From contig OZ024755.1 in the NCBI GenBank assembly GCA_964016885.1, positions 31,868,001-31,932,000 on the forward strand: 64,000 nucleotides of DNA, read 5' to 3'. Below the pieces are notes generated by a model, which had not been told where the DNA came from, did not search any database, and saw only the letters and a list, made by a program, of their open reading frames with translations. Source of the stretch: Eledone cirrhosa. Its lineage: Eukaryota. The first letter of the stretch is position 1; every line of letters starts with the position of its first letter. Shown piece after piece: positions 61,615 to 64,000 of the stretch. The position numbers and the translations under genes are program-made.

Positions 61615-63115
61615 ATAGATTGAAGGGACCCATTTACGGGTGTTGTATTGAACGAATAACTATGTCTACTCTGGAATTTTACATTACCTGTTGGGTTCAC
61701 TGAGATGCAACTGGTACTAGCAGTGAAACCCATGCTCGTCTCCTCTACTTATTATTTTATATATATCCTTACTAACTGGAATAAGGTCAGGGTGGAAGAG
61801 GTTTAGGAAGCAAGCTGACTGGTGATATGTCACAATACACAACGCCTGTCCACCAGTATAGGCAACACTAAAAGTTAATGTGGTGATAGACCAGAAGCTA
61901 CAGTGTTTGGCAATTATATGGATGCAGTGTAGTGTTTGTGAAGACTCTTCTGTCTTGCCAGTGTTGTGTAAAATGCATTCAGTCGACTCTGTAAAGTAGT
62001 GTTGGTGTCATGAAAATTGCACCCAGCACACACTGTAAGGTGGTTGGTATTAGGCAGGGTATCCAGCCTTAAAAACCATACCAAATATGGAACATAACAA
62101 GCAAGATTGGTTGTTCCAACCTACCTGATCTCGGAACCTGACAACCCATGCGAGCTTATAAAGTAGTTGTAAAATGATGGAGATGATGATGATACTTTCA
62201 GGTGTTTTGTTTTCCGTCTCCTACTCTGCTCAGAAAGAGGTTTAAAAATAGAATTCATTGTGTACTGCACTGAATATGCCACCTTTTTAGCTTAATTGTT
62301 CAATTGGTGCTATTGATTCCCTTGAACTATGTCTCTTAGCTCATTTAATTTTATATGTTTATATGCAAAAACAATGTTGTCTCTGATCGAGACGAAGCGA
62401 GATCTTCCTGTCACCCACATTGTGGATTGTCTCTCTGTTGACCACTAGCCACTGGTCTGTCTTCGGAGGCATGTTTGCCCATCAGTCTTTGACAGCATTT
62501 GGCTTGTTTTAACGGCTGGTCTAGTGATGAATTTTCTCATTTTTATATGTATTATATGTTTATATTTTTCAACAAATATTTGAAGGATGTAAACATAAGT
62601 AAAAAGACAGTTGCTCTTCAATAGATGTCCACTGAGTTACAGAAGTTCATCATAAATTCAGTGAATCAGTGATTTATTCATTGGAAGTCTGTAGCCAATG
62701 GTGCTGTTTGCAAATTTAAATATAAAATAGAATATATCTTGCCTAAGGAAGGATCAGGATAACTCTTTAATTAACCTCCCTAGTACACTCTGTAAAGTGA
62801 TTGGTGATAGGAAGCGCATCCAACTATAGAAAACCTGCCAAACAAAGGGTCGAGAGGATTCATTGGCTGTATCCAGGCAATGACAACCTCCTTATAACTG
62901 ATGTCACAACAACATTTCTATAATAATTTGGTTTTTGACATTTTTCTTAAATAGTTTAATCTTATTCTTTTTTTCATTTGAATTATTAAAAAGAAAAAGA
63001 ATTAAGTGTAGCAAATATTTCAGACCCTCCACAGTAGCTAGCTGTGAGTGGAGTGAACTTATCAGCTAGTATTTAAATAAAATGTTCCTCTCTATCCTAA
63101 TTTTTCTATTTGCAG

Positions 63116-64000
63116 GTCATTTCCCAAGCACACAGAGGACGACAATGTCCATGTGGAAGATGGAATGGGTCCTGGCTGCGACTACGAGCGGTGTGAACGA
63201 GTCGTTATCAACGTAAGTGGACTACGATTCGAAACACAGTTAAGGACGCTTGCCCAGTTTCCAGATACACTTCTCGGAAATCCTAAAAAACGAAACCGTT
63301 ACTATGACCCTCTACGAAATGAATATTTCTTTGATCGGAACCGTCCCAGTTTCGATGCAATACTTTACTATTATCAAAGCGGGGGGAGGTTACGAAAACC
63401 GGTAAATGTACCTTTGGATGTATTTTCAGAGGAAATTAAATTTTATGAGCTCGGTGCTGAAGCGATTGAAAAATATCGCGATGACGAAGGATTTATTAAA
63501 GAGGAGGAACGTCCACTTCCTGAGAATGAATTTCAACGTCGTGTATGGTTACTATTTGAGTATCCAGAGAGTTCTACGGCTGCACGTCTGATAGCTATAT
63601 TTTCTGTGGTAATAATTTTACTTTCTATTGTGATATTTTGCCTTGAAACTTTACCTGAATTTAAACACTACAGGCTTGTAAACGAAACTATTGAGGAGGA
63701 TGATATACCGAAATTTGGAGAACCTTTTTTCATTATAGAAACATGCTGCATAATATGGTTCACATCAGAACTTATGGTGAGGTTTGCATCATGCCCGGAA
63801 AAAATAGGATTCTTCAAGAACATAATGAATCTTATTGATATTGTTGCTATCATTCCATACTTCATTACATTAGGTACAGTGATTGCAGACGAGAATAAAA
63901 GCAACAACCAGGCAATGTCTCTGGCTATTCTTAGGGTTATTCGATTAGTTAGAGTTTTTCGTATATTTAAGCTTTCAAGACATTCAAAAGGTTTACAAAT
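63116..64000 (+). CDS. Sh: Shaker-family voltage-gated K+ channel (Kv1/KCNA), main coding exon: T1 domain to the S4-S5 linker, partial at window end
   Basis: Acceptor TTTTTCTATTTGCAG; open frame from 63117: [10 protein letters not shown]...[16 protein letters not shown]...[46 protein letters not shown]...[10 protein letters not shown]...CLETLP...S4 [24 protein letters not shown]; absent from the ORF track, probably because no stop is reached. Confidence 0.98.

Overview
AT-rich, repeat-dense animal genomic DNA, most likely from an octopod cephalopod (inferred from the mollusc-type Kv1 sequence and the SINE/MITE landscape). Two protein-coding genes are supported. (1) A complete U1 snRNP 70K gene (SNRNP70) on the minus strand, with 10 coding exons between 29747 and 7206, all GT-AG and phase-consistent, encoding 444 aa. 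(2) The large coding exon of a Shaker/Kv1 potassium channel on the plus strand, from 63116 to the window end; its first exon may lie near 31.5 kb, head-to-head with SNRNP70. Two features stand out. (a) The SNRNP70 intron 9376-13559 is almost free of transposons, is packed with near-perfect U1 snRNA binding sites, and holds a strong cryptic 3' splice site that creates an immediate stop codon, which suggests a U1 snRNP-sensing poison-exon circuit. (b) About a dozen fold-back elements flanked by (TA)n occur, several with intact type I hammerhead ribozyme motifs and two with an intact ribozyme on both strands, near a decayed Penelope-like retroelement. The remainder is tRNA-derived SINEs, piggyBac/hAT/Tc1 MITEs, LINE and Helitron debris, and mini/microsatellites. 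All calls were made by eye; no searches or folding were run, and repeat boundaries are approximate.
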